DNA of 64,000 nt, from assembly GCA_022560615.1 (NCBI GenBank), contig JADFSR010000013.1, positions 29,595 to 93,594 on the forward strand. Direction: 5' to 3'. Position numbers and translations under genes: made by a program. The notes under the pieces are model-generated. The model was not told the DNA's origin. It saw nothing but the letters and a program-made list of their open reading frames with translations, and did no database searches. Below, in pieces: positions 52,544 to 62,656 of this stretch. Each line of letters begins with the position of its first letter. The stretch's first letter is position 1. The stretch is from Gemmatimonadota bacterium. Its GTDB lineage: Bacteria > Gemmatimonadota > Gemmatimonadetes > Longimicrobiales > Gaopeijiaceae.

Positions 52544-53110
52544 ATGTACTCGGCCTATCTCTTCAGCGTCGTGCTCGGTGGTGGACTCCTACTCTTGTCC
52601 CTGCTCGGCGACCTACTCGGCAGCGATGCCGTGGAGCTGGAGCTGGATGCCGACACGGGCGTCGACCACTCGGCCTCCAAGATCCTCTCGATCCGGACGC
52701 TCACCTACACGCTGTTCGGATTCGGTGCCGTCGGGTGGTTGCTGTCGCGCGGGGGCCTCGCACCCGGGGCTCCGAGCACGATCACCTACGCGGCCGTCGG
52801 GGGTCTGATATCCGGAACGCTCGTGCACCGCGCGTTCGGCTACCTGCGACGCACCGAGACGGGAACGATCGCGGAGGACGACTCCTTCGTGGGACTCGCC
52901 GGTAAGGTCACAGTGCCCCTGGGTGGTGGCTCCGTCGGTAAAATGGCGCTCAAGCGTGGCAACCGGCGTCACACGCTGCGCGCCCTGCCCCACGCCAGTG
53001 TCGGGCCTGGCACCCCCCCAGAAGAGTGGCACACCGTGGTGGTGGTCGAGATGAAAGACGGGGTCGCATATGTCGCCCCGTCCGACGAAGACCTCACGGC
53101 CCTTCAGTGA
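52544..53110 (+). CDS. NfeD-like membrane protein (OB-fold), partner of flotillin
   Basis: Two TM helices and a C-terminal beta-barrel (VGLAGKVTVPLGGGSVGKMALKRGNRRHTLRALP). It is followed by a flotillin gene in a YuaF-YuaG-like operon. Confidence 0.7.
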   Translation: MYSAYLFSVVLGGGLLLLSLLGDLLGSDAVELELDADTGVDHSASKILSIRTLTYTLFGFGAVGWLLSRGGLAPGAPSTITYAAVGGLISGTLVHRAFGYLRRTETGTIAEDDSFVGLAGKVTVPLGGGSVGKMALKRGNRRHTLRALPHASVGPGTPPEEWHTVVVVEMKDGVAYVAPSDEDLTALQ

Positions 53111-53138
53111 TGTTCAGATTCCTCATACGGAGCTTCAT

Positions 53139-54479
53139 ATGCAAACCCTACCTGAGATCCTGACCGCGCCTGCGACCCTGCTGGCGTTCGTCGTGATCGT
53201 CGTCGTCATGGTGATCCTCTCGACGATTCGTGCGCTGATCGTGATCGTGCCGCCGAACCAGGCCGCGGTGATCACGGGCGGCATGAGGGCGCTCAAGGAC
53301 GGCAGCAAGATCGGCTACCGTTCGATCACGGGTGGCCGCACGATGCGCATCCCACTCATCGAGACCGTGTCATACTTGAACCTCGAGACGATCCCGCTCG
53401 AGATCACCGTGAACAACGCGTTCTCCAAGGGGAACATCCCGCTCAACGTGGAGGCGATCGCGAACGTGAAGATCGCGTCCAAGCCCGAGGTCGTGTTCAA
53501 CAACGCGGTGGAGCGATTGCTCGGAAAGACCGAGGAGGAGATCAGGGAGCTCGCAAGAGATACGCTCATGGGGAACCTGCGCGGCGTGCTCGCGACACTG
53601 ACGCCTGAACAGGTCAACGAGGACCGCCTCGGTTTCGCGAAAGCCCTCGCGCTGGACGCCGGTGAAGACCTCTCGTCGCTGGGCTTCCACCTCGACGTGC
53701 TCAAGATCCAGAACGTGAGCGACCAGGGCGGCTACCTGGAGGCGATCGGTCGCAAGAAGGCCGCCGAAGCGGTGCGTGAGGCCGAGATCGCCGAGGCTCA
53801 GGCTGCAGCAGACACCCGCGAAGCCCGGGCGAAGGCGAGGCAGCGAGCCGAGATCCGCGAAGCCGAAGCCAACGTCAAGATCGCCGAAGCCCAAAACGAG
53901 CTGCGCGTGCGCCAAGCGGAGCTCGACCAGGAGGCGGAAATCGCGGAGAAGACCGCGGCCGTGCGCTCCGAAGAGGCCAAGGTCGAGGCGGAGCGAGCGC
54001 TCGAGACGAAGCGCGTCCAGCGCGAGATGGAGCGGCTGCGCGCCGACGTGATCGAGCCCGCGAACGCCGAGCGCGACGCCGCGTTCGCGCAGGCCAAAGC
54101 CGAGGCGGCACCGATCCTGGAGCGAGGCAAAGCTCAGGTCGAGGTGTTGCGGCTGCTCTACGAGCAGGTCCAGGAGGGTGGTGACCAGGCGTTCGCGGTC
54201 TTCCTCGCCGAAAAGCTGCCCGAGCTGCTGGAAATCTCGGTCGAAGCAGTGAAGGGCGTCGACATCGACCGCCTAATCGTCATGGACAGCGGCGACGGCG
54301 GCGCCGTGAGTAACGCGATCAACCAGCGCGTGAGGGGCGCGTACGGGACCATGGAAGGTCTCGGCTCGGTGCTGGGCATCGACATTCAGGCAGTGCTGCA
54401 GAACGCGGTGCAGAGAGCGGGAGGCACCGCGTCGCCCGCGAGGGTGCCTGATGAGGACTCCAGCGCACACGCCGAGTGA
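53139..54479 (+). CDS. flotillin-like SPFH protein (FloA/YuaG type)
   Basis: TM helix, an SPFH domain and a long Ala/Glu-rich coiled coil. The start was set at MQTLPEIL (ATG at 53139, with GGAG upstream). Confidence 0.88.
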   Translation: MQTLPEILTAPATLLAFVVIVVVMVILSTIRALIVIVPPNQAAVITGGMRALKDGSKIGYRSITGGRTMRIPLIETVSYLNLETIPLEITVNNAFSKGNIPLNVEAIANVKIASKPEVVFNNAVERLLGKTEEEIRELARDTLMGNLRGVLATLTPEQVNEDRLGFAKALALDAGEDLSSLGFHLDVLKIQNVSDQGGYLEAIGRKKAAEAVREAEIAEAQAAADTREARAKARQRAEIREAEANVKIAEAQNELRVRQAELDQEAEIAEKTAAVRSEEAKVEAERALETKRVQREMERLRADVIEPANAERDAAFAQAKAEAAPILERGKAQVEVLRLLYEQVQEGGDQAFAVFLAEKLPELLEISVEAVKGVDIDRLIVMDSGDGGAVSNAINQRVRGAYGTMEGLGSVLGIDIQAVLQNAVQRAGGTASPARVPDEDSSAHAE

Positions 54480-54505
54480 GGTAGTAGCCGCAGGCGGTTC
54501 GAGAC

Positions 54506-56551
54506 ATGGCCAAAGACACCGGGCTCCTCGTTGAGCTCAAGCGTCGCAAGGTCGTTCGCGCGGCGGTCGTGTATGTGGCAGCGGCCTTCGCTACGCTCGA
54601 ATTCGCCGACATTGCGTTTCCGCGAATCGGGCTCTCGGATGGCGCTGTGGACATGGTTCTTTGGGCCGGCTTGCTGGGCTTTCCTATCGCGCTGGCGCTC
54701 GCTTGGTTCTTCGACCTGCGGGCCGAGACCACGAGCGTGCGCTCGCCCGGCTGGTTCTCGGCCCCTGCCCTTGCAGCCGCCACGATATTGGTTGCTCTGG
54801 GCGTCGGCGCTGGAATGCTTTGGGGAGGCGGTGACTCGGCGAACAACGCCTTGCCCGCACTTGCGATCTCACCGTTAACCACCACTGTCGGCCTCAATTT
54901 GTCTGGCAGTTGGTCACCGGATGGAAGCCAGATTGCGTACGACTACACGCTGAACGGGACGATGGACATCGCGGTGTCGTCTCTGGGTGGCGGTGAGCTT
55001 CGTCTGGTGGCGGGCGGCCCGAACGACGAACTGATGCCGCGCTGGTCACCCGACGGATCCAAGATCGCCTTCATCTCCGATGATGGATCGGGGATGAACG
55101 TCTATTGGGTGCCGCCAACCGGAGGATCTAGACGAAAGGTAGCTGAAACGCACTTTCTGTATCTCGATCGCTTCACGGCAATCGGCGTAATCGGTTCTCA
55201 GCCTTGGTCTCCCGACGGACGTGAACTCGTGTTTTCGCGGCTCGAAGCAACGGGCCTCGCGCTGTGGAAGGTCGAGCTCTTGAGCCGGGAAGAGACCCGA
55301 TTGACGACGCCAGCCGCCGGAACCCTCGACCTACGGGCGGCATGGTCACACGACGGAGAATGGATCGCTTTCATGCGGCAGCCTGGGCGACCGCCGTTTG
55401 GCCTATATCTGATCTCCGCAACGGGTGGCGAGCCGATCCCGCTGGTGGTCAACCAGAGTTTGAACGGAAGCCCGAACTGGGGACTCGACGATCGTCGGAT
55501 CCTGTTTACGACTACGAGTACCCCGAACGGCGGCGGCGATATCTGGGACGTCGACGTAGATACGGGGGAGCTTCGACAACTCACGAACGGTTTGGGTGCG
55601 AGTACACCGATAATCTCGTCTACGGGGCGGATCTCCTACTCGCGCTGGAGTCATGAGGCCTCCTTCTATCGCATGGACCTCGGGTCAGCCGAGGAACATC
55701 AACCGATCTCGTTAAGCATTGGCAACAACTTTTCGCAGCGCTTTTCGCCGAATGGAGAGCAGATCGCATTCCAATCCAGTCGCCAAGGCCGTACCCAGAT
55801 CTGGCTTCACGACCTAGCGACGGGGGCGGAGACGCAGCTCACCTACCCGGCGGAGGGAATCGGGGACAGAACGCCCGACTGGTCCCCCGCTGGGGACGAA
55901 ATCGTGTTTCTCTCCAATCGTGAAGGCCCGTTTCAACTGTGGGTAACCGGTCTCGACGGGGGCACGCCGCGTCGACTTTCGGAGCAAGTGATTCCCATGG
56001 ACGGCGACTTCTGGGTAAACGCACGAGTCGCCCCACGCTGGTCCTCGGACGGAAGCACCATCGCCTACCTAGCGCCCGGTGACGAAGGCACGACCCTCTG
56101 GCTTATCGATCCCGACGGAAGCAATGCGAGGCGGACCGACATCGGCGTGGTCCTGCGTTTCGATTGGTACCTCGACAGCCAGCGCATCGTCCATACGCGG
56201 AACCCGCCGGACGGCTCCGGAGGGATCGAGATGATCGCCACCGATCTCAGGACCGGCGAAGAGGTGCTACTACTCAAGGCGAACGCGTCCGAGTTGAGTG
56301 TCGCACCCGACGGAAGTTACGTCGCCTACAACAGCGCGGATGGTCACTTCAGCATCAACCGCTACATACTCCCGCTGACCCCTGCGACCGCCGATCAGCT
56401 CCCCCGCGCCTCAGGAGAGCCGGAGCAGATCACGTTCGGTCAAGGTGTGTGGCACGTTCATGGCGGCGCGTGGTCCCCGGACAGCAAGCAAATCGTCTAT
56501 ACCAAGGATTTCGATCGGGGAAATCTCTACGTGATCGACAACTACCGCTGA
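54506..56551 (+). CDS. membrane-anchored PD40 (TolB-like) beta-propeller repeat protein
   Basis: N-terminal motif LVELKRRKVVRAAVVYVAAAFATLEFADIAFP plus a TM segment, followed by multiple WSPDG PD40 repeats. Confidence 0.8.
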   Translation: MAKDTGLLVELKRRKVVRAAVVYVAAAFATLEFADIAFPRIGLSDGAVDMVLWAGLLGFPIALALAWFFDLRAETTSVRSPGWFSAPALAAATILVALGVGAGMLWGGGDSANNALPALAISPLTTTVGLNLSGSWSPDGSQIAYDYTLNGTMDIAVSSLGGGELRLVAGGPNDELMPRWSPDGSKIAFISDDGSGMNVYWVPPTGGSRRKVAETHFLYLDRFTAIGVIGSQPWSPDGRELVFSRLEATGLALWKVELLSREETRLTTPAAGTLDLRAAWSHDGEWIAFMRQPGRPPFGLYLISATGGEPIPLVVNQSLNGSPNWGLDDRRILFTTTSTPNGGGDIWDVDVDTGELRQLTNGLGASTPIISSTGRISYSRWSHEASFYRMDLGSAEEHQPISLSIGNNFSQRFSPNGEQIAFQSSRQGRTQIWLHDLATGAETQLTYPAEGIGDRTPDWSPAGDEIVFLSNREGPFQLWVTGLDGGTPRRLSEQVIPMDGDFWVNARVAPRWSSDGSTIAYLAPGDEGTTLWLIDPDGSNARRTDIGVVLRFDWYLDSQRIVHTRNPPDGSGGIEMIATDLRTGEEVLLLKANASELSVAPDGSYVAYNSADGHFSINRYILPLTPATADQLPRASGEPEQITFGQGVWHVHGGAWSPDSKQIVYTKDFDRGNLYVIDNYR

Positions 56552-56628
56552 TCGGCGGACTCCGGCAGCGATCGCTTCCCGCTCGATCCGGCGGCGCATA
56601 GCGTCCAGATCGGCGTCCATCCTTCCGA

Positions 56629-56672
56629 CACTGGGGCGGGTGGATTCGACCACCAACCTCCTGGTTGACAGG
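56629..56672 (-). repeat. tRNA 3'-end-like fragment (T-arm plus acceptor 3' strand), direct-repeat copy 1
   Basis: The minus strand reads CCTGTCAACCAGGAGGTTGGTGGTCGAATCCACCCGCCCCAG. No D-arm, anticodon arm or 5' acceptor strand is present. Confidence 0.5.
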
Positions 56673-57017
56673 CCAAAGCCCAGGTACCCCTATCCGGAGA
56701 ACTTCGCCTACCTAAGCCAAATTTCCGCCGCCTTCCGCCGGGTTTTCTTCGGGTTCCGCCACCTTTCGCCGCCCTCAGAGACACATTCTAGACACACCCA
56801 GGAAGCTCAGGGGAAGGACTACCACGCCGCCCGCAAACACGCCCAGCAGGCGCCACATTTAGCCAAGGTATTAGAGGGCTTGGTGGAATTGCAGGAGCGT
56901 CAGACGGCAGCACTCGAGGTGATCGCCCAGGACGCCGCGAGGCGCGAATGAGCGGCTTCGCCCAGGCCCTGCCCGCCGTTTCGGCCCCGTGCCAGCGTGG
57001 GGAGGCTCGGACCAGCG

Positions 57018-57860
57018 CTAGCGGCTCCTCGTCCACAACACGACCACGCCGCATGGTACGGTCCAGCCACCACCCGGCTCTCGGTCAGGCATCGAATACT
57101 GCACGGGGATCTCTGAAGGTCCCGAGTAGATCTCGATGGCCTCGATGGCCGAGAGCGGCACGGCGGTGTTCAGCTCGCCTGTTATGAAGTCGATGGCGGC
57201 CCCGTCGAGGTAGTACTTCGGGAAACACAGGGCCGCGGCCGAGGTGCCCCGAAGCACGATCATGTGGCCGGCGTTCCCCTGGGAAGAACTCCGTCCGTAG
57301 ACCTTCATCAGCGAAACGCCGGGAATCCCTTCGAAGAGCTCGACGGTGCTGAGCGCCCGCGAATTCTCGATCTCGAACGGTGTAATGAAGTGGCCGAGGC
57401 CGCGGTTCAAGCGGGCCAGGAATCCGCTCGCGATCAGGTTGTGCCGGGACTCTAGTCGATGGGTGGAGACCACAAGCCCATCCAAGGCCACCGGGCGTGG
57501 GTCGATCCTGAAGTCGACCGTCATCTCTCCGTCCGGACCCAGGTTGAAAATGCTGCCTGCCGTGGAGGTTCCGTAACCGAAGGCCGAGGCCCTCAGAAGG
57601 AAGCTGCCCGGCTCAGGCGAGGTGAGGGAGAATCTGCCGAGGTCATCTGTGATGGTCGCAGCGACCATGTCGCCCGTATTCTCCGCAACCAGCGTGACGA
57701 TCGCCAAACCGATCGGCCGGTTGCTTCCACTTCCGAGGAGTCTTCCGCCGAGCGTCTGTGCATCCGCCGCGACGGTGACCGTCGACGAGGCGAGCCAGAG
57801 CAGCATGGCGAATCGGCTCGCACACGTCACCCGGCGTCTTGGCGTTCCCCAACTCATCAT
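57018..57860 (-). CDS. truncated TonB-dependent-receptor-like protein (CarbopepD_reg plus plug domains only)
   Basis: Signal peptide (MMSWGTPRRRVTCASRFAMLLWLASSTVTVAADA), a carboxypeptidase-regulatory-like domain and a plug-like region (IEIYSGPSEIPVQYS), with no beta-barrel. Confidence 0.55.
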   Translation of the reverse strand: MMSWGTPRRRVTCASRFAMLLWLASSTVTVAADAQTLGGRLLGSGSNRPIGLAIVTLVAENTGDMVAATITDDLGRFSLTSPEPGSFLLRASAFGYGTSTAGSIFNLGPDGEMTVDFRIDPRPVALDGLVVSTHRLESRHNLIASGFLARLNRGLGHFITPFEIENSRALSTVELFEGIPGVSLMKVYGRSSSQGNAGHMIVLRGTSAAALCFPKYYLDGAAIDFITGELNTAVPLSAIEAIEIYSGPSEIPVQYSMPDREPGGGWTVPCGVVVLWTRSR

Positions 57861-58416
57861 CGACCCTCCAAGCGTATCCCAACGATTGCGGGCGGACGTC
57901 GGGCGCGCAAGGCTGGGCGACGGGTTCGGGGTCCGCGCCTCCCCTGAGCGGGCGCCTTCTGCAACATGGCCGCAACCTACTAGCGAGATCATTGCGCGAT
58001 ACCTTCGCAATGCCTACGAGCACGTCACCATCTGTGTGTTTGGGTATTGCAAGAGTGCTGGGACCCTATTGGCACTCGGCGCTCACGATCTTGTTATGGG
58101 TGTCTGCGGGGAATTGGGCCCTGACGCTGGCGCCCGAACGCCTGCTCTCTCGCTGACTCGAGAAGTCGAGCACGAGAGCATCGCGTCCTGCCGGTGGCTG
58201 AACCTTAACGCCCCGGTCAAACCCTCACCTCCCCTCAACCAAGTCGAGCACGGCGCGCCTAGCGACGCCAGGGGAGGGGGAGTTCGGAAGAGCACACAAG
58301 CGCTGAAGCTCAGTTACCAGCATCCGGACCCGGCAACCGCGCTTCGCGTTGTCGAGCACACCTGAATCTGAGACACATTCCGGACACACCTAGCCAGACA
58401 AAGGAAGCGCCGCAGA

Positions 58417-58447
58417 GCCGTAAAGCCTTACGGCGCTTTATCTTACA
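58417..58447 (+). terminator. putative rho-independent terminator
   Basis: GCCGTAA-AGCC-TTACGGC hairpin followed by GCTTTATCTT. There is no annotated plus-strand gene upstream. Confidence 0.4.
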
Positions 58448-58450
58448 ACA

Positions 58451-58494
58451 CTGGGGCGGGTGGGTTCGAACCACCAACCTCCTGGTTAACAGAC
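58451..58494 (-). repeat. tRNA 3'-end-like fragment, direct-repeat copy 2
   Basis: The minus strand reads TCTGTTAACCAGGAGGTTGGTGGTTCGAACCCACCCGCCCCAG, about 40/43 identical to copy 1. Confidence 0.5.
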
Positions 58495-58739
58495 CCGCCA
58501 CAGCGCCACCGTTTCCACAGAATCCGAGTACGTAGGCGGGTTCTATCCCGCGTTACCGGGGATGATTTCCGAGTCTTCCTCGGAGTTTGGGAACCCGAAC
58601 GTACACAGCAACGTGCCCAGGCCAGTCCCAAGGCAGGAACCCGACCCCTGTACGCCGCTTGGCGACCCCGCGTACGCGCGAGGCCAGCGGCCGGTCACGG
58701 GTTTCGTGTATCTGACCTCGCACACTACCTCGCACACCC

Positions 58740-59366
58740 ATGAAAGCAAATAAAATTACGGCGCCACCGTGCTATCCGTCTGGCAAACGCGAAGCCCCGG
58801 GAATCGCATTGATGGAGAGGCCCCAGGTACGTACGGAAGTGGAAGTCGGTGGAGCACCGGGTACGGACGTTGGTGTCGGCACACCAGGGCAGAACGCCCC
58901 AGGTAGTAGTATCCGAACGCGAGGCACCACGCTCGCTGACTGGGAAGACGAGCCCGCCGAACTGCTACCGGACCAGCTAGAGCGTCTAGAGCAAGTCAGC
59001 TCGGCGCTCGCACGAGCTTTCCTTCCCGCCTACGTGCTCTACGGCAACGTCGCAAAGGCGGTGAAGGTCGCGGGCTGCTCGAGCAGGGTGCGCGGCTACT
59101 GGCGTACGACAGACCCAGCTTACGCCGAATTGGAGGCCGAGGTGACCGAAGATGTGAGAGAGCGCTGGGATGCGGTCTTCGAGTCGGGAGCGCTGCACGG
59201 GCTGGTAGAACAGATATACGACAAGAACAACAAACTGGTGGGCACCAAGATACGCCAGGACAGCGCTATTCTGCGCATGGTCGCTGCTGGGATCAACCCC
59301 GAGAAGTATGGCAAAGACACCGATGACCGGAACATCACGATCATCATCCAGGACGTGAAGGAATGA
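58740..59366 (+). CDS. phage terminase small-subunit-like protein (Terminase_2-like HTH)
   Basis: AFLPAYVLYGNVAKAVKVAGCSSRVRGYW resembles the TerS motif (F..Y...GNATQAA.KAGYS). The assignment rests on this motif only. Confidence 0.5.
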   Translation: MKANKITAPPCYPSGKREAPGIALMERPQVRTEVEVGGAPGTDVGVGTPGQNAPGSSIRTRGTTLADWEDEPAELLPDQLERLEQVSSALARAFLPAYVLYGNVAKAVKVAGCSSRVRGYWRTTDPAYAELEAEVTEDVRERWDAVFESGALHGLVEQIYDKNNKLVGTKIRQDSAILRMVAAGINPEKYGKDTDDRNITIIIQDVKE

Positions 59367-59884
59367 CCTGGCACGAGCTGACGGACGACGACGTTGAGCA
59401 CACGAGCGTAGGTTGCCGCTGCAACTATGCGGACCACTTCAGTTTCAGCACGCTCGAGGGAAAAAGGACGGTGCGCTGTACGACTTCCACCACCAGCACC
59501 CGTTTTCACCTGGCTGCACGGCTCGCGCGTGCGTGAGGAGCACTTTCACGCGTCGTCACGGCAAGCGCGCGTGAGGCTGGACCGCATGACTATTCACCTG
59601 AACGGGGGCGTCCAAGAATGCATAAAGCCACCACTGACCTTCGGTGGCCCCTCGTAACAAGCCAACGGCAAGCGGTTCAGGGCTTCAGGGCCGTAAACTA
59701 GGTTCGCAGAAGGTACATTGAACTAAACCGCTGCGCGGTGGAGCCTGTGGGCGCCTTCCTGGGGTGCGTCTGACGGACCAACCAACCCTGCTCGCCTTCC
59801 CCTCGTTTGCCGTCCTCCGGAATGATGGGCCATGGGGCGTCGTTGTGACGCCCATGTCATTGGCCCCTTTCACGGGAGGATCCC

Positions 59885-60751
59885 ATGGGCAGGCTACACG
59901 ATCGGATGGACCGCGAGCTGCGGATCCGCGGCTACGCGGAGAACACGAGGAAGTGCTACATCGAGAAGATGAAGTGCTTCGTGCGCTTCTTCATGCGACC
60001 GCCGGACGAGCTCACGGTGGAGGACGTAAATCAGTACCAGCTCTTCCTGACCAAGGACAAACGGGTGTCGTGGAGCACGTTCAACGTGCACGTCTGCGCG
60101 ATCCGCTTCTTCTACCGGGAGGTGCTCCGGGTCGACTGGAACGTCGAGCACATCCCCTACCATCGGTCCGGCAGGAAGCTGCCGGTCGTTCTGAGCCGCG
60201 AGGAGGTGCGGGCGCTGCTCGATGTCACGACCAACCTCAAGCACCGCGCGCTCCTCATGACCCTCTACTCGGCTGGCCTTCGCACCGGTGAGGTCGTGCA
60301 CTTGAAGCCGGCTGACATCGACAGCGGGCGCATGATAATCAGAGTCGAGCAGGGCAAGGGTCGCAAGGATCGCTACGTCATGTTGTCGGAGAAGCTGCTG
60401 TTGACCCTGCGCCGCTACTGGCGAGAGTACCAGCCCGCGCTTTGGCTCTTTCCCGGGGCAGATCCCTCACGCTCACTCACTCGCGAGTCCGTTGGCAGGC
60501 TCTTCGCTCGCGCAAAGGAGAGGGCCGGCATCCGGAAGCGCGTCTCCCCGCATTCGCTTCGGCACGCGTTTGCGACTCATCTGCTCGAGCGCGGCGTCAA
60601 CATCCGGGTGATCCAGCGCCTGCTCGGGCACCGGAGCCTGCGCTCGACCGAGATCTACACCCACGTGGCCGAGAACTACGTCGCGGACACGAAGAGTCCG
60701 CTCGACGACCTGCTGCCCGATGTCGAGGACATCGAACCGACGATGACCTGA
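59885..60751 (+). CDS. tyrosine-type site-specific recombinase / integrase
   Basis: Catalytic R...HSLRHAFATHLL...LLGH...TEIYTHV (the R-H-R-Y tetrad). GGAGGA RBS. Confidence 0.9.
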   Translation: MGRLHDRMDRELRIRGYAENTRKCYIEKMKCFVRFFMRPPDELTVEDVNQYQLFLTKDKRVSWSTFNVHVCAIRFFYREVLRVDWNVEHIPYHRSGRKLPVVLSREEVRALLDVTTNLKHRALLMTLYSAGLRTGEVVHLKPADIDSGRMIIRVEQGKGRKDRYVMLSEKLLLTLRRYWREYQPALWLFPGADPSRSLTRESVGRLFARAKERAGIRKRVSPHSLRHAFATHLLERGVNIRVIQRLLGHRSLRSTEIYTHVAENYVADTKSPLDDLLPDVEDIEPTMT

Positions 60752-60754
60752 CCC

Positions 60755-61948
60755 GTGCCGGTCCGGGTAGCCCGCGAAGGGCGCCCGGAGCTGGCGGACA
60801 TTTTCCGGACCCATGGAACGCGGCTCGACGGCCTAAACGCGCAGCAGCGTAGGGTCGTTGCCGCGATCCTGAGCTGTCGTACAGCAGCGCTCGGCGGTCA
60901 TGTCCGGGAGTGTGACCGCGGCTGCGGGTACCAGGAGATCTCGTACAATTCGTGTCGGGACCGGCACTGTCCCAAGTGCCAGGGGCTGGAACGCGTGCGC
61001 TGGCAGGAGGCGCGGGCGAACGATCTTCTGCCTGTGCCCTACTTCCACGTCGTCTTCACGATCCCTTCCTGCCTCCACGAGATCTTCCTCGCCAACCCGC
61101 GGGTGGCCTACAACCTCCTCTTCACTACGGCTGCCGAGACCGTGAAGGAGGTCGCCGCGAACCCGAAGAACCTCGGCGCCGAGATCGGCATGACGGCCGT
61201 CTTGCACACCTGGACCCAATGCCTGCTCTATCATCCCCACCTCCACCTGATCGTGCCCGGCGGCGGTCTCGACCCGAGCAGGTCTCGGTGGATCTCCACT
61301 CGGGAGGACTTCTTCCTCTCGGTGCGCATCCTCTCGACGGTCTTTCGCGGCAAACTGCTGGCCGCCCTTGAAAAGGCGGTCGCTTCGGGCACGATCAAGG
61401 CGTGTGTCGGAAGCGGTGTCCAGGTCGCGAGCCTCCTGCGCCGGGCCGCCCGTCCAAGATGGGTCGTCTACGCAAAGCCCCCCTTCGCCGGGCCAGAGCA
61501 GGTCCTCACCTACCTTGGGCGCTACACCCACCGGATCGCGATCTCCAACGAGCGTATCGTCTCCATGGAAGGAGACCAGGTAACGTTCCACTACAGGGAC
61601 CGCGCGAACGGCAACCGCCGAAAGTCCATGACCCTTCCCGCCGCCGCGTTCCTCCGGCGGTTCCTGCTACATGTGCTCCCGCCGCGGTTCGTCCGGATCC
61701 GACACTATGGTTTTCTCGCCAACTCTGTGCGGCAACAACGCATCACGCTCTGCCGTCAGCTCCTGGGAGTCCCCGCGGAATCGGCTCCACCCGCCCCCTC
61801 GGAGAGCTGGGAAGAGATGCTTTTCCGGTTAACCGGAGAGGACGTGACGTGCTGTCCCCGGTGTGAGGCGGGACATCTCCGCAAGGTGCGAGAGATCAAG
61901 CCCGACCGCGCTCCTCATCCGATCTGGCGCAGAGAGGCCCCCACATGA
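60755..61948 (+). CDS. IS91-family transposase (HUH Y2 rolling-circle type)
   Basis: N-terminal zinc-binding domain (CDRGCGY...CRDRHCPKC), HUH motif (HTWTQCLLYHPHLHLIVPGGGL) and Y-motif (YLGRYTHRIAISNERI). GTG start 4 nt after the integrase stop. Confidence 0.9.
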   Translation: MPVRVAREGRPELADIFRTHGTRLDGLNAQQRRVVAAILSCRTAALGGHVRECDRGCGYQEISYNSCRDRHCPKCQGLERVRWQEARANDLLPVPYFHVVFTIPSCLHEIFLANPRVAYNLLFTTAAETVKEVAANPKNLGAEIGMTAVLHTWTQCLLYHPHLHLIVPGGGLDPSRSRWISTREDFFLSVRILSTVFRGKLLAALEKAVASGTIKACVGSGVQVASLLRRAARPRWVVYAKPPFAGPEQVLTYLGRYTHRIAISNERIVSMEGDQVTFHYRDRANGNRRKSMTLPAAAFLRRFLLHVLPPRFVRIRHYGFLANSVRQQRITLCRQLLGVPAESAPPAPSESWEEMLFRLTGEDVTCCPRCEAGHLRKVREIKPDRAPHPIWRREAPT

Positions 61949-62302
61949 CGACGCGGGCGACCTCGATCCCCAAGAACTCCTTCTCACTCTACCGCCGGTG
62001 CCCCGGAAGAGGGATCGGTGCGTCCTCGCCCCAATGCTGCACCCACCTTTGCGTCGGCGCAGGACCCAAAGGCGTGTCTCCGAGCCATCGCCGGCCCCAC
62101 CTCAGCCTCCTGGCTCCTCGACCTGCCCGCCGGGGCCATATCGAGTGTAGAGTCGCCCCCAACCAATCCCCATAGCCGCAGCCATCCGCCTGAGACCCGC
62201 GGCTCAGTTCAATAAGTCCTTCCTGGCATCGCGCTGCGCGCACGCCAAGAAGAACCCTCTTCATTATGTTACCCTAGCCACCCCAAAACGGCCGATTCCT
62301 GA

Positions 62303-62656
62303 GTGATTATGCACGGACCAGCCGAGTGGGTGGCGATCACCGATGACGACATCTTCCGACCCGAGTTCGAGATCGGCGTGGACCCCGAGGTGGAGGAGAA
62401 CGACGTCCACTTCATCCATGACCTCGCCGACATGTTCAACGCCTCGATCGGGGGCAGGGTCTACGCCACGCTAGGCGCGCTCAGTCGGCGCTGGGGAGAG
62501 TCAAAGGGCACCGTGGTCGAGTTGCTCTCCAACATCAGCCACTTCACCGGCGTCATCGTGCTCATTCGGTGGGCAGACGAAGCGGTCCGGATCACTTGGC
62601 TCGGCATCCCTCTTGCCTGGGGTGTGTTCGGTAGCCAGCCCCACGCCGACGCATAG
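62303..62656 (+). CDS. hypothetical protein (island cargo)
   Basis: A 117-aa ORF downstream of the IS91 module. No family recognised. Confidence 0.35.
   Translation: MIMHGPAEWVAITDDDIFRPEFEIGVDPEVEENDVHFIHDLADMFNASIGGRVYATLGALSRRWGESKGTVVELLSNISHFTGVIVLIRWADEAVRITWLGIPLAWGVFGSQPHADA

Larger units (their letters stand above)
59885..61948 (+). mobile_element. integrase + IS91-family transposase module; exact element ends not determined
   Basis: Two co-oriented, near-abutting genes. IS91-family elements lack TIRs, so the ends cannot be fixed from the sequence. Confidence 0.65.

Noticed and set aside
56640-56951. The 103-aa plus-strand ORF starting inside tRNA-fragment copy 1.
   Set aside because: The start lies within the repeat. 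There is no RBS and no homology. It is probably non-coding, though the region may carry a small RNA.
56629-58494. The tRNA-like sequences as intact tRNA or tmRNA genes.
   Set aside because: Only a T-arm plus acceptor 3' strand is recognisable. No D-arm, anticodon arm or matching 5' acceptor strand could be built in either copy. There is no tmRNA-like tag reading frame or 5' end.
59363-59536. A 57-aa Cys-containing ORF (MTWHELTDDDVEHTSVGCRCNYADHF...) overlapping the TerS-like stop.
   Set aside because: It is below the length threshold, has no recognisable family or RBS, and is too uncertain to call.
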